Shown: in pieces, positions 19,496 through 28,927 of the stretch | Layout: each line of letters starts with the position of its first letter | How positions within the stretch are numbered: the first letter of the stretch is position 1 | The notes under the pieces: model-generated | The model's input: only the letters and a program-made list of their open reading frames with translations | Told to the model about the DNA's origin: nothing | Databases searched by the model: none | Made by a program: the position numbers and the translations under genes | Source: Rhizomicrobium sp. | Lineage (GTDB): Bacteria > Pseudomonadota > Alphaproteobacteria > Micropepsales > Micropepsaceae | NCBI GenBank assembly: GCA_036512455.1 | Contig: DATCAT010000014.1 | Coordinates: 157,205 to 221,204, forward strand | DNA length: 64,000 nt | Reading direction: 5' to 3'

Positions 19496-22294
19496 ATGAC
19501 AAATCGGACGCTGAAATCACTCCTGTTGGGCGCAAGCGGTCTGCTTTTGACGCCGATGCTTGCCGGGCCTGCCTTCGCGCAATCCACCGGTACGCAAGAG
19601 ATCGAGACCGTTGTCGTCTCGGGAGCGATCATCTCCACCACGGGCCTGATGACCCCGCTGGAGATTCCCAAGGAACGTTCGATCGTCACCAAGGAATTCA
19701 TCGACACGCAGGGCGCGGGTCAGACGGTGTTCGACACGCTGAACACAATCCCCGGCTTCAACTTCACGAACTCCGATCCGTACGGCAACAGCGGCGGCAA
19801 CATCCGCCTGCACGGCATGGACGGCAGCCGCATCTCGCTGACTTGGGACGGCATGCCGCTCAACGACACCGGCAACTACTCCACCTTCACCAACCAGATC
19901 GTCGATACCGAAATAATCGACCGCGTCTCCGTCAACCAGGGCACGACGGACGTTGACAGCCCGACGGCTTCTTCGACCGGCGGCGTCATCAACATCCTGA
20001 CGACCAGGCCGTCCGATACGTTCGCCGTGTTGAGCGATCTGTCCTATGGCAGCTTTGATTATCGCCGCGGCTTCTTCCGCGTGGACTCGGGCGAATTCGG
20101 CCCGTGGGGCACCAAGGCGTTCGCGACCTACTCCTACACCATGTACGACAAGTTCAAGGGCCCGGGTAACGAGCAGAAGCGGCAGATCAACGCCGACATC
20201 TATCAGGACATGGGAACGCTCGGCTGGATCAACGTCGCGGCGCATTTCAACAACAACCGCAACGATTTCTACAACGCCCAGTCCTACCTGCCGATTCCGG
20301 CGTCGCGAGCCTATCTGGCGACCATTCCGGCCGGCACCACGCCCAATCCCAGCACGGAGGCCGGCGTCCTGGTCGGCACCGGATCGAATTTCAGCTCGAC
20401 CTTCAGCTCGACCGGCTCGCCCAATATCGCGGTCGACGCCAACGGCAACTACACGGGCGTGATCCCGCCGGGCAACCTCGTCCCGATCGGCGGTTTCGGC
20501 CTGGGCTTCGACGAAGATCCGATCTGCACGCGGCCGGCGCCGCTTGCGGCACCGGGCGCGGCCGGCGTGCAAAGCGACAGCGCCATCAACTTCGCGGCCG
20601 GCGTGCCGACGAGCTGCACGGGCTTCTACAAGCTGCGCATCAATCCGTCCGACACGGGCAACATTCGCGCCTCCTCGCTGTGGCACGTCACCCAGGACCT
20701 GACGTTCACCCTGGACGCCAACTTCCAATACGTCCTGGCCAATGGTGGCGGCTTCACGGCGATTTCGGAAACCGATGCCAAGCTGCGCGGCGCGACGACC
20801 GGCCCGACGCTTACGGCCGCGCAGATCGCTGCTGCAGCCGTCGCACCGTTCGGCTGCGTCGCCGGCAATGGCTGCGACCTGAACGGCGACGGCGACATTC
20901 GCGACACGGTCGCCGAATACACGCCGAACAACACCAACACCCGCCGCTACGGCGTCAACGCACAGGCCATCTATGCGCTGAACGACTCCAACACGTTCCA
21001 GTTCGCCTATGTGCTGGATTGGGGTCTGCACCGCCAGACGGGTCAGTGGTCGACCTTCGACAACGTCAACGGTCCGAACGACGTGTTCGGCGGCCTGCGC
21101 GATCCGGCCCATCAGGTGAAGGCGGCGGACGGCTATGCGCTGCGTCAGCGCGACCGCAAATCCTACGCCATCCTGAACCAGTTCTCGTTCGACTATGAAG
21201 GCCGGTTCTTTGACGACAAGCTGCGCGTCAGCGCCGGTGTCCGTCTGCCGTACTTCAGCCGCGACCTGAACAACCTCTGTTACAACCAGACCTCGAACGG
21301 TTTTGCCTATTGCACGACCGAACTGCCGACCAGCGCGACGCCGGCGGCGAACGGGACGTTCACCTTCGCCGGCCAGTCCGGTGCTTTCACGGCGCCCGGC
21401 AAAGAATCCGTGCAGTACACGCGGACGCTTCCGAACGCCGGTCTCGCCTACCTGCCCTGGGGCGCCGAGCACCAGTTCTTCGTCGCCTTTGCGGAGGGCA
21501 TTTCCGTTCCGCGCACGGACAACCTGTACAATGAAGGCACCAACTCGGATCCGGTTTGCAAGACCGCAAACCCGGCTCCGGCGCCGTGCCAGTACTTCAC
21601 GTTTGCCCAGGTGGCTCCGGAAACGACGGCCACCTACGATCTGGGCTATCGTTATCAGGGCGACTGGCTGAGCGGCTCGGTGACGTTGTGGAACACCCAG
21701 TATCGCAATCGAATCATCACGACGTTCGATTTCGATCAGGGCATCAGCATCGACCACAATATCGGCACCGTGAACATGGACGGCGTCGACGTCGAAAGCA
21801 CCATCAGCCCGATGGAAGATCTGGACATCTACACGTCCATTTCCTACCTCCATTCGCGCGTTGCGCCCGGTCCGTTCTCGACGATCTTCCTGAGCGCCGC
21901 CTCGTCGGTGTCGATCGCCGGCAAGGAAGTTCTCGAAACGCCGAACTGGACCGCCTCGTCGCGCATTCAGTACAAGATCGCCGGCTTCCGGCTCGGTCTC
22001 GGCGGCAAGTTTGTCGGCCGCCGCTTCGCGACCGACAACAACGACTATCGCCTCGACAGCTATGTCACGGCGAATGCCGACGTGACCTACGATCTGGGCA
22101 AGATCGGCTGGGACGGTTCCTACCTGAAGTTCAACGTCAACAACCTGTTCGACAGCACCTATTTCGGCAGCGTCGCGACGTCGAGAAACTGCTTCACCTA
22201 CAAGGCGCCGATCATCGCGGGCTGCACCAGCTACCCGTTCCTGGGGATCGGCGCGCCGCGCACGTTGCAGATCGAACTGCGCAGCGTGTTCTAG
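19496..22294 (+). CDS. TonB-dependent outer-membrane receptor
   Basis: Signal peptide, TonB-box-like ETVVVSG, plug region (IRLHGMDGSRISLTWDGMPLND), NVNNLFD motif, C-terminal Phe. Confidence 0.92.
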   Translation: MTNRTLKSLLLGASGLLLTPMLAGPAFAQSTGTQEIETVVVSGAIISTTGLMTPLEIPKERSIVTKEFIDTQGAGQTVFDTLNTIPGFNFTNSDPYGNSGGNIRLHGMDGSRISLTWDGMPLNDTGNYSTFTNQIVDTEIIDRVSVNQGTTDVDSPTASSTGGVINILTTRPSDTFAVLSDLSYGSFDYRRGFFRVDSGEFGPWGTKAFATYSYTMYDKFKGPGNEQKRQINADIYQDMGTLGWINVAAHFNNNRNDFYNAQSYLPIPASRAYLATIPAGTTPNPSTEAGVLVGTGSNFSSTFSSTGSPNIAVDANGNYTGVIPPGNLVPIGGFGLGFDEDPICTRPAPLAAPGAAGVQSDSAINFAAGVPTSCTGFYKLRINPSDTGNIRASSLWHVTQDLTFTLDANFQYVLANGGGFTAISETDAKLRGATTGPTLTAAQIAAAAVAPFGCVAGNGCDLNGDGDIRDTVAEYTPNNTNTRRYGVNAQAIYALNDSNTFQFAYVLDWGLHRQTGQWSTFDNVNGPNDVFGGLRDPAHQVKAADGYALRQRDRKSYAILNQFSFDYEGRFFDDKLRVSAGVRLPYFSRDLNNLCYNQTSNGFAYCTTELPTSATPAANGTFTFAGQSGAFTAPGKESVQYTRTLPNAGLAYLPWGAEHQFFVAFAEGISVPRTDNLYNEGTNSDPVCKTANPAPAPCQYFTFAQVAPETTATYDLGYRYQGDWLSGSVTLWNTQYRNRIITTFDFDQGISIDHNIGTVNMDGVDVESTISPMEDLDIYTSISYLHSRVAPGPFSTIFLSAASSVSIAGKEVLETPNWTASSRIQYKIAGFRLGLGGKFVGRRFATDNNDYRLDSYVTANADVTYDLGKIGWDGSYLKFNVNNLFDSTYFGSVATSRNCFTYKAPIIAGCTSYPFLGIGAPRTLQIELRSVF

Positions 22295-22318
22295 GCCGTA
22301 CGCCCGACGCATCCAAAG

Positions 22319-22354
22319 GGCCGGCCCGGGAAACCGGGCCGGCCTTTTCTTTTG
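22319..22354 (+). terminator. Rho-independent terminator
   Basis: GGCCGGCCCGG-GAAA-CCGGGCCGGCC followed by TTTTCTTTTT. Confidence 0.9.
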
Positions 22355-22427
22355 GCTTGCGGCGCGCTTGGATCGGCCGTGGCGTGGTGTCAGCTCCGAC
22401 GCCGCCTACCCATCCGCAGGAGTTCCC

Positions 22428-23447
22428 ATGGCCAGAAATGCCGCCGCTGCCTTTGTCGCCGCCCTGGCGCTGGGCAGCCTCGTACCCGCGCAGGCGTTCG
22501 CCTGGGGCTCAACCGGGCACCGGATGATCGGCGAGCTGGCGGCGCAAAACCTGCCGGACGAGATGCCGGCCTTCCTGCGCACGCCGGATGCCGTGGCGCA
22601 GATCGGCGAACTGGCGCGAGAGCCGGATCGCTCACGCGGCTCGGGAACGGTGCACGACGCCGAGCGCGATCCCGGGCACTTCGTGGACGCCTCGGACGAT
22701 CTGACCGTCCTGGGCGGCCCCTCGCTCAAGGCGCTGCCGCCGACGCGCTCGGACTACGACACCGCCCTGCGCGCCGCCGGCGCGACGCAATACAAGGCCG
22801 GCTATCTGCCTTATTCGATCATCGACGGCTGGCAACAGCTGCGCACCGATCTGGCCTATTGGCGCATCGACACGGCGGGCGAGAAATTCGCCAAGACGGA
22901 TGCGGCCCGCGACTGGTTCGCCGCCGACCGGCGCCTGCGCGAAATGCTGACGATCCGCGATTTCGGCGTCTGGGCGCACTATGTCGGCGACGCCAGCCAG
23001 CCGCTGCATGTCTCGGTCCATTACGACGTCTGGGGCGACTTCCCCAATCCGGAAGGCTTCTCGACGGTGAAGGGCCTGCACGCGCGGTTCGAAGGCCATT
23101 TCGTCAACGCCAACATCGCCGAAAGCGATCTGTCGCCGCTGCTCGCGCCGACCCGCGACTGCGCCTGCGCCATCGAGGTGCGCACCGCCGACTATCTCGT
23201 CGCCTCGCAAGCCTTCGTCGTGCCGCTGTTCCGGCTGGAGAAGGCGCACGCCTTCGACGGCAACAGCCCGGACGGCAAGGCCTTCGTCGCGGCGCGTCTC
23301 GCCGCCGGTGCGTCGGAGTTGCGCGACATGGCGCTCGATGCCTGGCATGCCAGTGCCGACGTCCGCCTGGGCTATCCGCCGCTCAGCGTCAAGGATATCG
23401 AGGCGGGAACGGTCGACGCCCTCGCCATGATGCAGGGCGCCGAATAG
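22428..23447 (+). CDS. Secreted S1/P1 nuclease
   Basis: AGGAG RBS and signal peptide ending AFA-W. Zn motifs WGSTGH, HFVD, HYVGDASQPLH, LHARFE. Confidence 0.85.
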   Translation: MARNAAAAFVAALALGSLVPAQAFAWGSTGHRMIGELAAQNLPDEMPAFLRTPDAVAQIGELAREPDRSRGSGTVHDAERDPGHFVDASDDLTVLGGPSLKALPPTRSDYDTALRAAGATQYKAGYLPYSIIDGWQQLRTDLAYWRIDTAGEKFAKTDAARDWFAADRRLREMLTIRDFGVWAHYVGDASQPLHVSVHYDVWGDFPNPEGFSTVKGLHARFEGHFVNANIAESDLSPLLAPTRDCACAIEVRTADYLVASQAFVVPLFRLEKAHAFDGNSPDGKAFVAARLAAGASELRDMALDAWHASADVRLGYPPLSVKDIEAGTVDALAMMQGAE

Positions 23448-23461
23448 AGCCCGTTCGGCCT

Positions 23462-24064
23462 CTAGCGGCCGGCGGACACCGGCACGGCGTCGGCGTTCGC
23501 CCGCGCCAGCAGGTCCCGCAGCCAGTCATTGACGACGGCGTCGATCACCAGATGCACGCGATCCGTCGTGCCCTTGTTGGCGACGCGATGCGGATCGGTC
23601 AGGCGCAGATACCAGGCGCTGCCGGGTTCCATGACGACGCGCCTGCGGTTCAACTCGAACTCCACGCCGGGATTGGTCGCGACCGGAATGTGGATGCGCA
23701 CGGTTCCGTCCTCGGCGCTGAGATCGGGATCGCTGTGTTCCTTTATGATCGAGCCGGGGGTGAGGCGCATCAGCCGAACGCTGCGCAGCTCGCAGGAAAA
23801 GCGCGCCAGGAGGTCGCGGATATTCGGGCAGAGGCCGAGCAGCGGGGTATCTTCGAAAGCCGTCGCGGCCGGATCGGAATAGATCATCATGACCGGATGG
23901 CGCGCCCCGGCCGGCGCGCGCAGCGGCAGCACGCTCCAATCGCCTTCGTAGTTCTGCTTGACGAAATGCTCTATCCAGTCCTGCGACGACAGGCGCTCCA
24001 AATCGCGCGACAGCGCCGCGGGCTCGAAGGCGAGCGGCAGACGCAGACGGTCGGGAAAAGTCAT
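23462..24064 (-). CDS. Aspartyl/asparaginyl beta-hydroxylase family (2OG-Fe(II))
   Basis: VRLMRLTPGSIIKEHSD, RIHIPVATN, HRVANKG, RVHLVID. Confidence 0.88.
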   Translation of the reverse strand: MTFPDRLRLPLAFEPAALSRDLERLSSQDWIEHFVKQNYEGDWSVLPLRAPAGARHPVMMIYSDPAATAFEDTPLLGLCPNIRDLLARFSCELRSVRLMRLTPGSIIKEHSDPDLSAEDGTVRIHIPVATNPGVEFELNRRRVVMEPGSAWYLRLTDPHRVANKGTTDRVHLVIDAVVNDWLRDLLARANADAVPVSAGR

Positions 24065-24222
24065 CTCGCCACTTTATGGCGCCGATCCCCTTGCGGCAAG
24101 AATACCGGGAGCGCGCCCATTTCCCATTCCGCGACTTTTTGGTTGCGCAGGATTGCCTTCTATAATGCGATGACGAGGAGCCGGCGCAACGCGATGCGAT
24201 TCGGACATTCAAAGAGGCTGGC

Positions 24223-25146
24223 GTGCTGAATTCCTATTGCGTGTCGGGCTTGTCGGTCGCCAGCGAGGTCGACCTGCCGGGGCTCATCGGCAAGCCGGCC
24301 GGTCCGCCGGATGTGTCCATCCGCCGGCGTCGTGTACCGCTGGCGCTGGAGAATGCCAGTTCCAAGGGCCCGACCTGGGAAATCGCCGGCGAGCGATTTT
24401 TGCTGCGCATCCCGGGCATCGCGCGCTTTCTGCTCAGCGGCGGGCGCGAGATCGACTTCGAACTCGAAGACGGGGCGACGCTGGGCGACGCCGCGATCTT
24501 CCTCGTCGGCTCGGTCTTCGGCATCCTGCTGCATCAGCGCCGGCGAGTGGTTCTCCACGCCAGTGCTGTCTGCGTGAACGGCAAGGCAGTGCTGTTCTGT
24601 GGACCTTCGGGCGCGGGCAAATCGACGCTCGCGGCGGCGCTCGGGCAACGCGGCTACCCCCTTCTGACCGACGATGTCTGCGCCGTCACCGTGGAGGACG
24701 CCGCGGCGCCATTGGTGCATCCCGATGGGCGCCAGTTGAAGCTATGGCTGCAATCGATCGAGCGGCTCGATCTGGCGGCGCGGCGCGGCGAACGGGTCCG
24801 GACCTGCCTGGAAAAATTCTACGTCGAGTCGGAAAAGTCGGTCGGCGAGCCGCTGGCGCTCGGCGCCGTCTACGCGCTGCGCGAAGCCCGTCCGCCGCAC
24901 GCGCCGGGCATCGACACGCCCAACGTGGTCGACTCTGCGCTTCTTTTGCGGCGCAACGCCTACCGTCCCCTGCTCGTGGGCCGCATGGGGCAGAAGGCGA
25001 TTTACTTTCATGCCGCGACGACGATCGCCAATGTCGCGGGAATTTTTCATCTTTCGCGAGTCTTGGATTTCGCGGCGTTGCCGGATGTCGCCGCGTCGCT
25101 GGAGCGGCATTGGCGGACGCTCGGCCTGCTCGGCAAGGCTGTGTGA
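24223..25146 (+). CDS. HPr-kinase-like kinase (lasso tailoring kinase type)
   Basis: LHASAV, Walker A GPSGAGKSTL, LLTDD. GTG start; translationally coupled to the sulfotransferase. Confidence 0.85.
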   Translation: MLNSYCVSGLSVASEVDLPGLIGKPAGPPDVSIRRRRVPLALENASSKGPTWEIAGERFLLRIPGIARFLLSGGREIDFELEDGATLGDAAIFLVGSVFGILLHQRRRVVLHASAVCVNGKAVLFCGPSGAGKSTLAAALGQRGYPLLTDDVCAVTVEDAAAPLVHPDGRQLKLWLQSIERLDLAARRGERVRTCLEKFYVESEKSVGEPLALGAVYALREARPPHAPGIDTPNVVDSALLLRRNAYRPLLVGRMGQKAIYFHAATTIANVAGIFHLSRVLDFAALPDVAASLERHWRTLGLLGKAV

Positions 25147-26069
25147 TGCGCAGCGTCTGGCTCGCCTCCTATCCGAAGTCCGGCAACACCTGGCTGCGGA
25201 TGCTGATCGCGAACCTGTCGGCGACGGACGGCGCGCCGGTCGACATCAACGACTTGCCGGAGCGCGGCGGCATCGCCAGCGCGCGCGGGCCGTTCGACCA
25301 TCTGCTGCTGATCGATTCCGGCCTGCTGAGCCATGACGAGGCCGATGCTTTGCGTCCGCTGGTTTATGAGGAGCTGGCGCGCGGCGCCGAGGACGACGCG
25401 TACGACAACCCCGAGGCCGCGCCGCCGGTCCGCTTCATCAAGGTGCACGACGCCTATACGCTGACGCCGAACGGCGAGCCGCTTCTGGCGGGCAAAAAAG
25501 GAGCGGACGGCGCCATCGTCATCGTGCGCGATCCGCGCGACGTGGCACCGTCGCTCGCCAACCACAATGGCAGCAGCATCGACGACGCGATCACCTTCAT
25601 GAACGACAAGGCGGCGGCCTTCTGCGCCAGAAGGAACCGGCAGCCCAGTCAACTGCGCCAGCAGCTCCCCGGCTGGAGCGGACACATCGCGACCTGGCTC
25701 GATCAAACCGACATTCCGGTTCACCTTGTCCGCTACGAGGACTTGAAGGCCGATCCGGTTGCCGTGTTGCGCCGGGCGCTTCAGTTCGCGGACCGCGCGG
25801 CCACGGACGAAGAGATACGGCGCGCGGCGGCGTTCGCGGATTTCGGGCAGTTGCGCGCGCAGGAACTGGCGAAGGGGTTTCGCGAAGGGCCGCGCCCGCT
25901 GCAGGGCGGGAATTTTTTCCGCCGCGGCGAGGCGGGCGGCTGGCGCAGCGAATTGACGGCCGAACAGGTTCAGCGCATTGAATCCGAACACGCCGCGATG
26001 ATGCTGCGCCTTGGCTACGCGCCGGCGTCCGCGGAAAACCCGGCCCGCGCCATGGGGGAGACGAGATGA
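25146..26069 (+). CDS. PAPS-dependent sulfotransferase (SULT-like)
   Basis: 5'-PSB YPKSGNTWLR, 3'-PB VRDPRDV, RYEDL, FFRRGEAGGW. Confidence 0.9.
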   Translation: MRSVWLASYPKSGNTWLRMLIANLSATDGAPVDINDLPERGGIASARGPFDHLLLIDSGLLSHDEADALRPLVYEELARGAEDDAYDNPEAAPPVRFIKVHDAYTLTPNGEPLLAGKKGADGAIVIVRDPRDVAPSLANHNGSSIDDAITFMNDKAAAFCARRNRQPSQLRQQLPGWSGHIATWLDQTDIPVHLVRYEDLKADPVAVLRRALQFADRAATDEEIRRAAAFADFGQLRAQELAKGFREGPRPLQGGNFFRRGEAGGWRSELTAEQVQRIESEHAAMMLRLGYAPASAENPARAMGETR

Positions 26070-26341
26070 GAGTGCAAAAGAAGGGCGACTGGCTGGCCGC
26101 GAAAGTCGGCGACGAACTGGTCATGATGAGTGCCGAGAAGGGCAACTATATCGGACTGAGCGAGGTCGGTGCGCGCATCTGGGAACTGATCGAAACACCG
26201 CAGGATGTCGAGGCGGTCTGCAGCCAATTGCAGGCGGAGTACGACGTCACACCCGAGGCCTGCCGCCTCGAAGTCGAGTCTTTTCTCAACGAGCTGGTGA
26301 AACATGGCGCGATTGCGCTCGATCCGCCGCCTGCTGCGTAG
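26066..26341 (+). CDS. PqqD-family RiPP recognition element (lasso B1)
   Basis: 91 aa; YIGLSEVGARIWELIE, LQAEYDVTPEAC..EVESFLNEL; adjacent to B2. Confidence 0.9.
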   Translation: MRVQKKGDWLAAKVGDELVMMSAEKGNYIGLSEVGARIWELIETPQDVEAVCSQLQAEYDVTPEACRLEVESFLNELVKHGAIALDPPPAA

Positions 26342-26780
26342 GTTCGCGCGGATCGGCAATCGCCGCCGCGCCCTGGTGGTCGAGGCGGTGGCGTGGCTGC
26401 TGACGGCGCGGCTCTGCCTGATCTTCATTCCGTTTCCGCGGCTGGCGCGCCGTCTGGGCACATTCGCGCCGCCGACCGATCGGCGCGCCCTGCTGGCGAA
26501 GGCGCCGGGCCCGGACGAACATGCGCGGCTGGCGGGCGAGGTTAGTTGGGCCGTCACCCGCTCGGCGCGCTATGCTCCGTTCAAGGCTGTCTGCTTGCCG
26601 CAGGCGATGGCCGCCCGCATGATGCTCAAGCGGCGCGGCGTTTCCAGCGTGCTGCACTTCGGCGCCGCCAAGGGACAGGACAAACCGCTCGACGCGCATG
26701 CCTGGCTGGATGCCGCGGGTGTCGAGGTCACCGGCTATCCGGTGGCGAAGGGGTTCGCGGAGATCGCGTGCTTCGTGTGA
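26304..26780 (+). CDS. Lasso peptide leader peptidase B2 (transglutaminase-like)
   Basis: Catalytic Cys and His in AVCLPQAMA and DAHAWL; VLHFG strand. Confidence 0.9.
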   Translation: MARLRSIRRLLRRFARIGNRRRALVVEAVAWLLTARLCLIFIPFPRLARRLGTFAPPTDRRALLAKAPGPDEHARLAGEVSWAVTRSARYAPFKAVCLPQAMAARMMLKRRGVSSVLHFGAAKGQDKPLDAHAWLDAAGVEVTGYPVAKGFAEIACFV

Positions 26781-26797
26781 GCAATCGATAACAATGG

Positions 26798-27493
26798 TTG
26801 GGGCGACGGCCCATGTCGATGATCGAACCCGGACAGGACGATAAAGCCGCGATGCCGGCAGCCAAGGCCATGATGCCGCCCTATCTCGTGCTGCGGGATT
26901 TTCTCGACGAAGAGACGGTGGAGGGACTGCTCGCGCACGCCCGGGTCCACCAATCCGATTTCGCGCCGACGAAAGTCGGTTCGAAGGCGGTCAACAACTC
27001 GGTTCGCGTCTCGCTGGGTCTGCGCGGCCTCGGCGACTACCGGCGGGTGCTGAAGAGCAGGCTGTTCGACCTGGTCCCGAGGCTCATCGCTGAGTTGCAG
27101 GTAACGCCCTTTGCAGAGCCCAAACTCGAGACCGAATTGGTGGCGCATGGCGATGGGGCGTTTTACAGACGCCATATCGACACCCAAACGGCGCGCTACG
27201 ACGACGTGCGGCAGATACGCGTCCTGAGCGGCGTCTATTATTTCCATGCCGAGCCCAAGGCGTTCAGCGGCGGCGCCTTGCGGCTTTTCGCCATCGGGCC
27301 CGAGCCCGCGCCGCATGTCGATATCGAGCCGCTGCGCAACAGCCTGCTGGTCTTCCCCTCCTGGGCGCCGCATGAGGTCAGGCCGGTGCAGTGTCCGTCG
27401 AACAATTTCATGGACTCGCGTTTCGCGATCAATTGCTGGCTTCTGCGCGCCAAACCCGCCGCGGCGGCCGATCCCGTAGAGCCCGCCGGCTAG
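26798..27493 (+). CDS. 2OG-Fe(II) oxygenase (prolyl-hydroxylase-like); start codon uncertain
   Basis: YRRHIDT (HxD), LSGVYYF, FSGGALRL, PHEVRPV, SRFAINCW. Confidence 0.85.
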   Translation: MGRRPMSMIEPGQDDKAAMPAAKAMMPPYLVLRDFLDEETVEGLLAHARVHQSDFAPTKVGSKAVNNSVRVSLGLRGLGDYRRVLKSRLFDLVPRLIAELQVTPFAEPKLETELVAHGDGAFYRRHIDTQTARYDDVRQIRVLSGVYYFHAEPKAFSGGALRLFAIGPEPAPHVDIEPLRNSLLVFPSWAPHEVRPVQCPSNNFMDSRFAINCWLLRAKPAAAADPVEPAG

Positions 27494-27513
27494 CGATTAT
27501 CGCGCGGCGAACC

Positions 27514-28707
27514 TCAGTACTCTTCGTCATCGCGCGGTCTGATCAGGTTGAGGTCGAAGGCGATGGCGATGCGCGGCTCGGTTCCGCGCGTCGGCACGAC
27601 GGAATGGAAGAAATGCGACGGGAAAATCGTCGCCACGCCCGCGACCGGCTTGATGTAGCGTTTCCCCCAGCACGGCTTCCGGCCTTCGGCGTCATCACGC
27701 CACGGGCCCACCAGGAGCGCGCCGGCCCTGTCGTCTGCGCCTTCATTCGGGGGTATCGAGACGTGATAGACGCCCGAGACATAGGCATATTTGTGCAGAT
27801 GCGCCGGATGGCTATCGCCTGCGTGAACGACATTGGCGCCGGTGACGAGAATTCCCTCCGCCGGCGCGCCCGGCATGATCTCGTCGAGTCCGCGATTTGG
27901 AAAATCCGCGAGATATCGTTCGATCGCGGCGCGCATGAAGACGGTGATCGCCGCATAGGCACGTTCGTGCGCCAGACCCAGATGCTCGGTGCGCAGGAAA
28001 TCGTAGGTCCGCCGGCGCGCCAGGCCGGGACTGTCCAATATCTCCCCAGCCAGCATGGCATTGAAGTTCTCGATGCCGCCGAATTCCGGCGTCGGTTCGA
28101 ACGGCACCTGCCAAACGTGACGATCCAGATCGACCAGCTTTCGCGCTTCGTCGACGCGGCCCGCGCGGTCGAGCCCGATGGCGCGAAAGCCGCGCGCGAC
28201 GGTGCAATTGGCATAGCCGGGCGCAAGCGTGTCGCAAAATGCCAGCAGGGCGTTGTCGTCGGGATCGCGCGCCAGGCCTTGCAGCAGAGCAGCGGCCGAT
28301 TCGTAGGCTGCCGGGCTGGTTCGCATCGCCGCGTAGAACGCGTCGCGCGAATCGTCCCGCCGGCGAAGGTCTCTAAGCGCAGCCCCGCGCAGGTGATGGA
28401 AACTGGCGATGTTCGGATGGGACCCGGCTGCCAGCGCGCGATCGCAGACCTGCAAGGCGTCTTGCGCCCTGCCCAGCATGAAATAACATCGCGCCAGCGC
28501 AAACTCGCGCAGGGATACGCCGTCCGGCGCCCGGGCGCGCGTGAACGCCTCCGCGGCTTCATCGAATTGCCCCAGACGGAAGAGGACATCGCCGAGCCGC
28601 GCCAGTTTTTCGGAATCGCGCGGCCATCGCGCTACGAGTTCGCGGTGCAACGCAAGCTGTACGTCCAGAGGGACGGGTCGCGGCGCATCGGCGTCGATCC
28701 AGCGCAT
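27514..28707 (-). CDS. TPR repeats plus putative 2OG-Fe(II) oxygenase domain
   Basis: N-terminal TPR helices (LGDVLFRLGQFDEAAEAF); C-terminal HPAHLH..YVSGVYHV, FPSHFFHSVVP, RIAIAFD. Confidence 0.75.
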   Translation of the reverse strand: MRWIDADAPRPVPLDVQLALHRELVARWPRDSEKLARLGDVLFRLGQFDEAAEAFTRARAPDGVSLREFALARCYFMLGRAQDALQVCDRALAAGSHPNIASFHHLRGAALRDLRRRDDSRDAFYAAMRTSPAAYESAAALLQGLARDPDDNALLAFCDTLAPGYANCTVARGFRAIGLDRAGRVDEARKLVDLDRHVWQVPFEPTPEFGGIENFNAMLAGEILDSPGLARRRTYDFLRTEHLGLAHERAYAAITVFMRAAIERYLADFPNRGLDEIMPGAPAEGILVTGANVVHAGDSHPAHLHKYAYVSGVYHVSIPPNEGADDRAGALLVGPWRDDAEGRKPCWGKRYIKPVAGVATIFPSHFFHSVVPTRGTEPRIAIAFDLNLIRPRDDEEY

Positions 28708-28927
28708 CGGTCAAATTCCAACGGCTCGACAAGGGGCGGCCAGGCGCGAACGTTCACGGGAATCGGCCAAGTGAATTTCGTCCCGATGGTTGGGGCAATC
28801 CAACCATTAGTCGGTGTTAATATCAAATGTCGGCGTTCTGTTGCGTGAGGCCGGCGCGTCCCGCCGCATTGGCACCCTGCGCGGCTTGTAGGTTAAGCTC
28901 TCGTGGGGCAATTGCGGATCGAGACTT

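Noticed and set aside
19517-22312. Very long antisense ORFs (also 37796-39523, 9310-11094, 3616-5754 and many others)
   Set aside because: They shadow well-supported genes on the other strand or frame, have no recognisable motifs, and are expected from high-GC codon bias.
24223-25146. Housekeeping PTS regulator HprK
   Set aside because: Operon context is sulfotransferase-RRE-B2 rather than PTS genes, matching RiPP-associated kinases.
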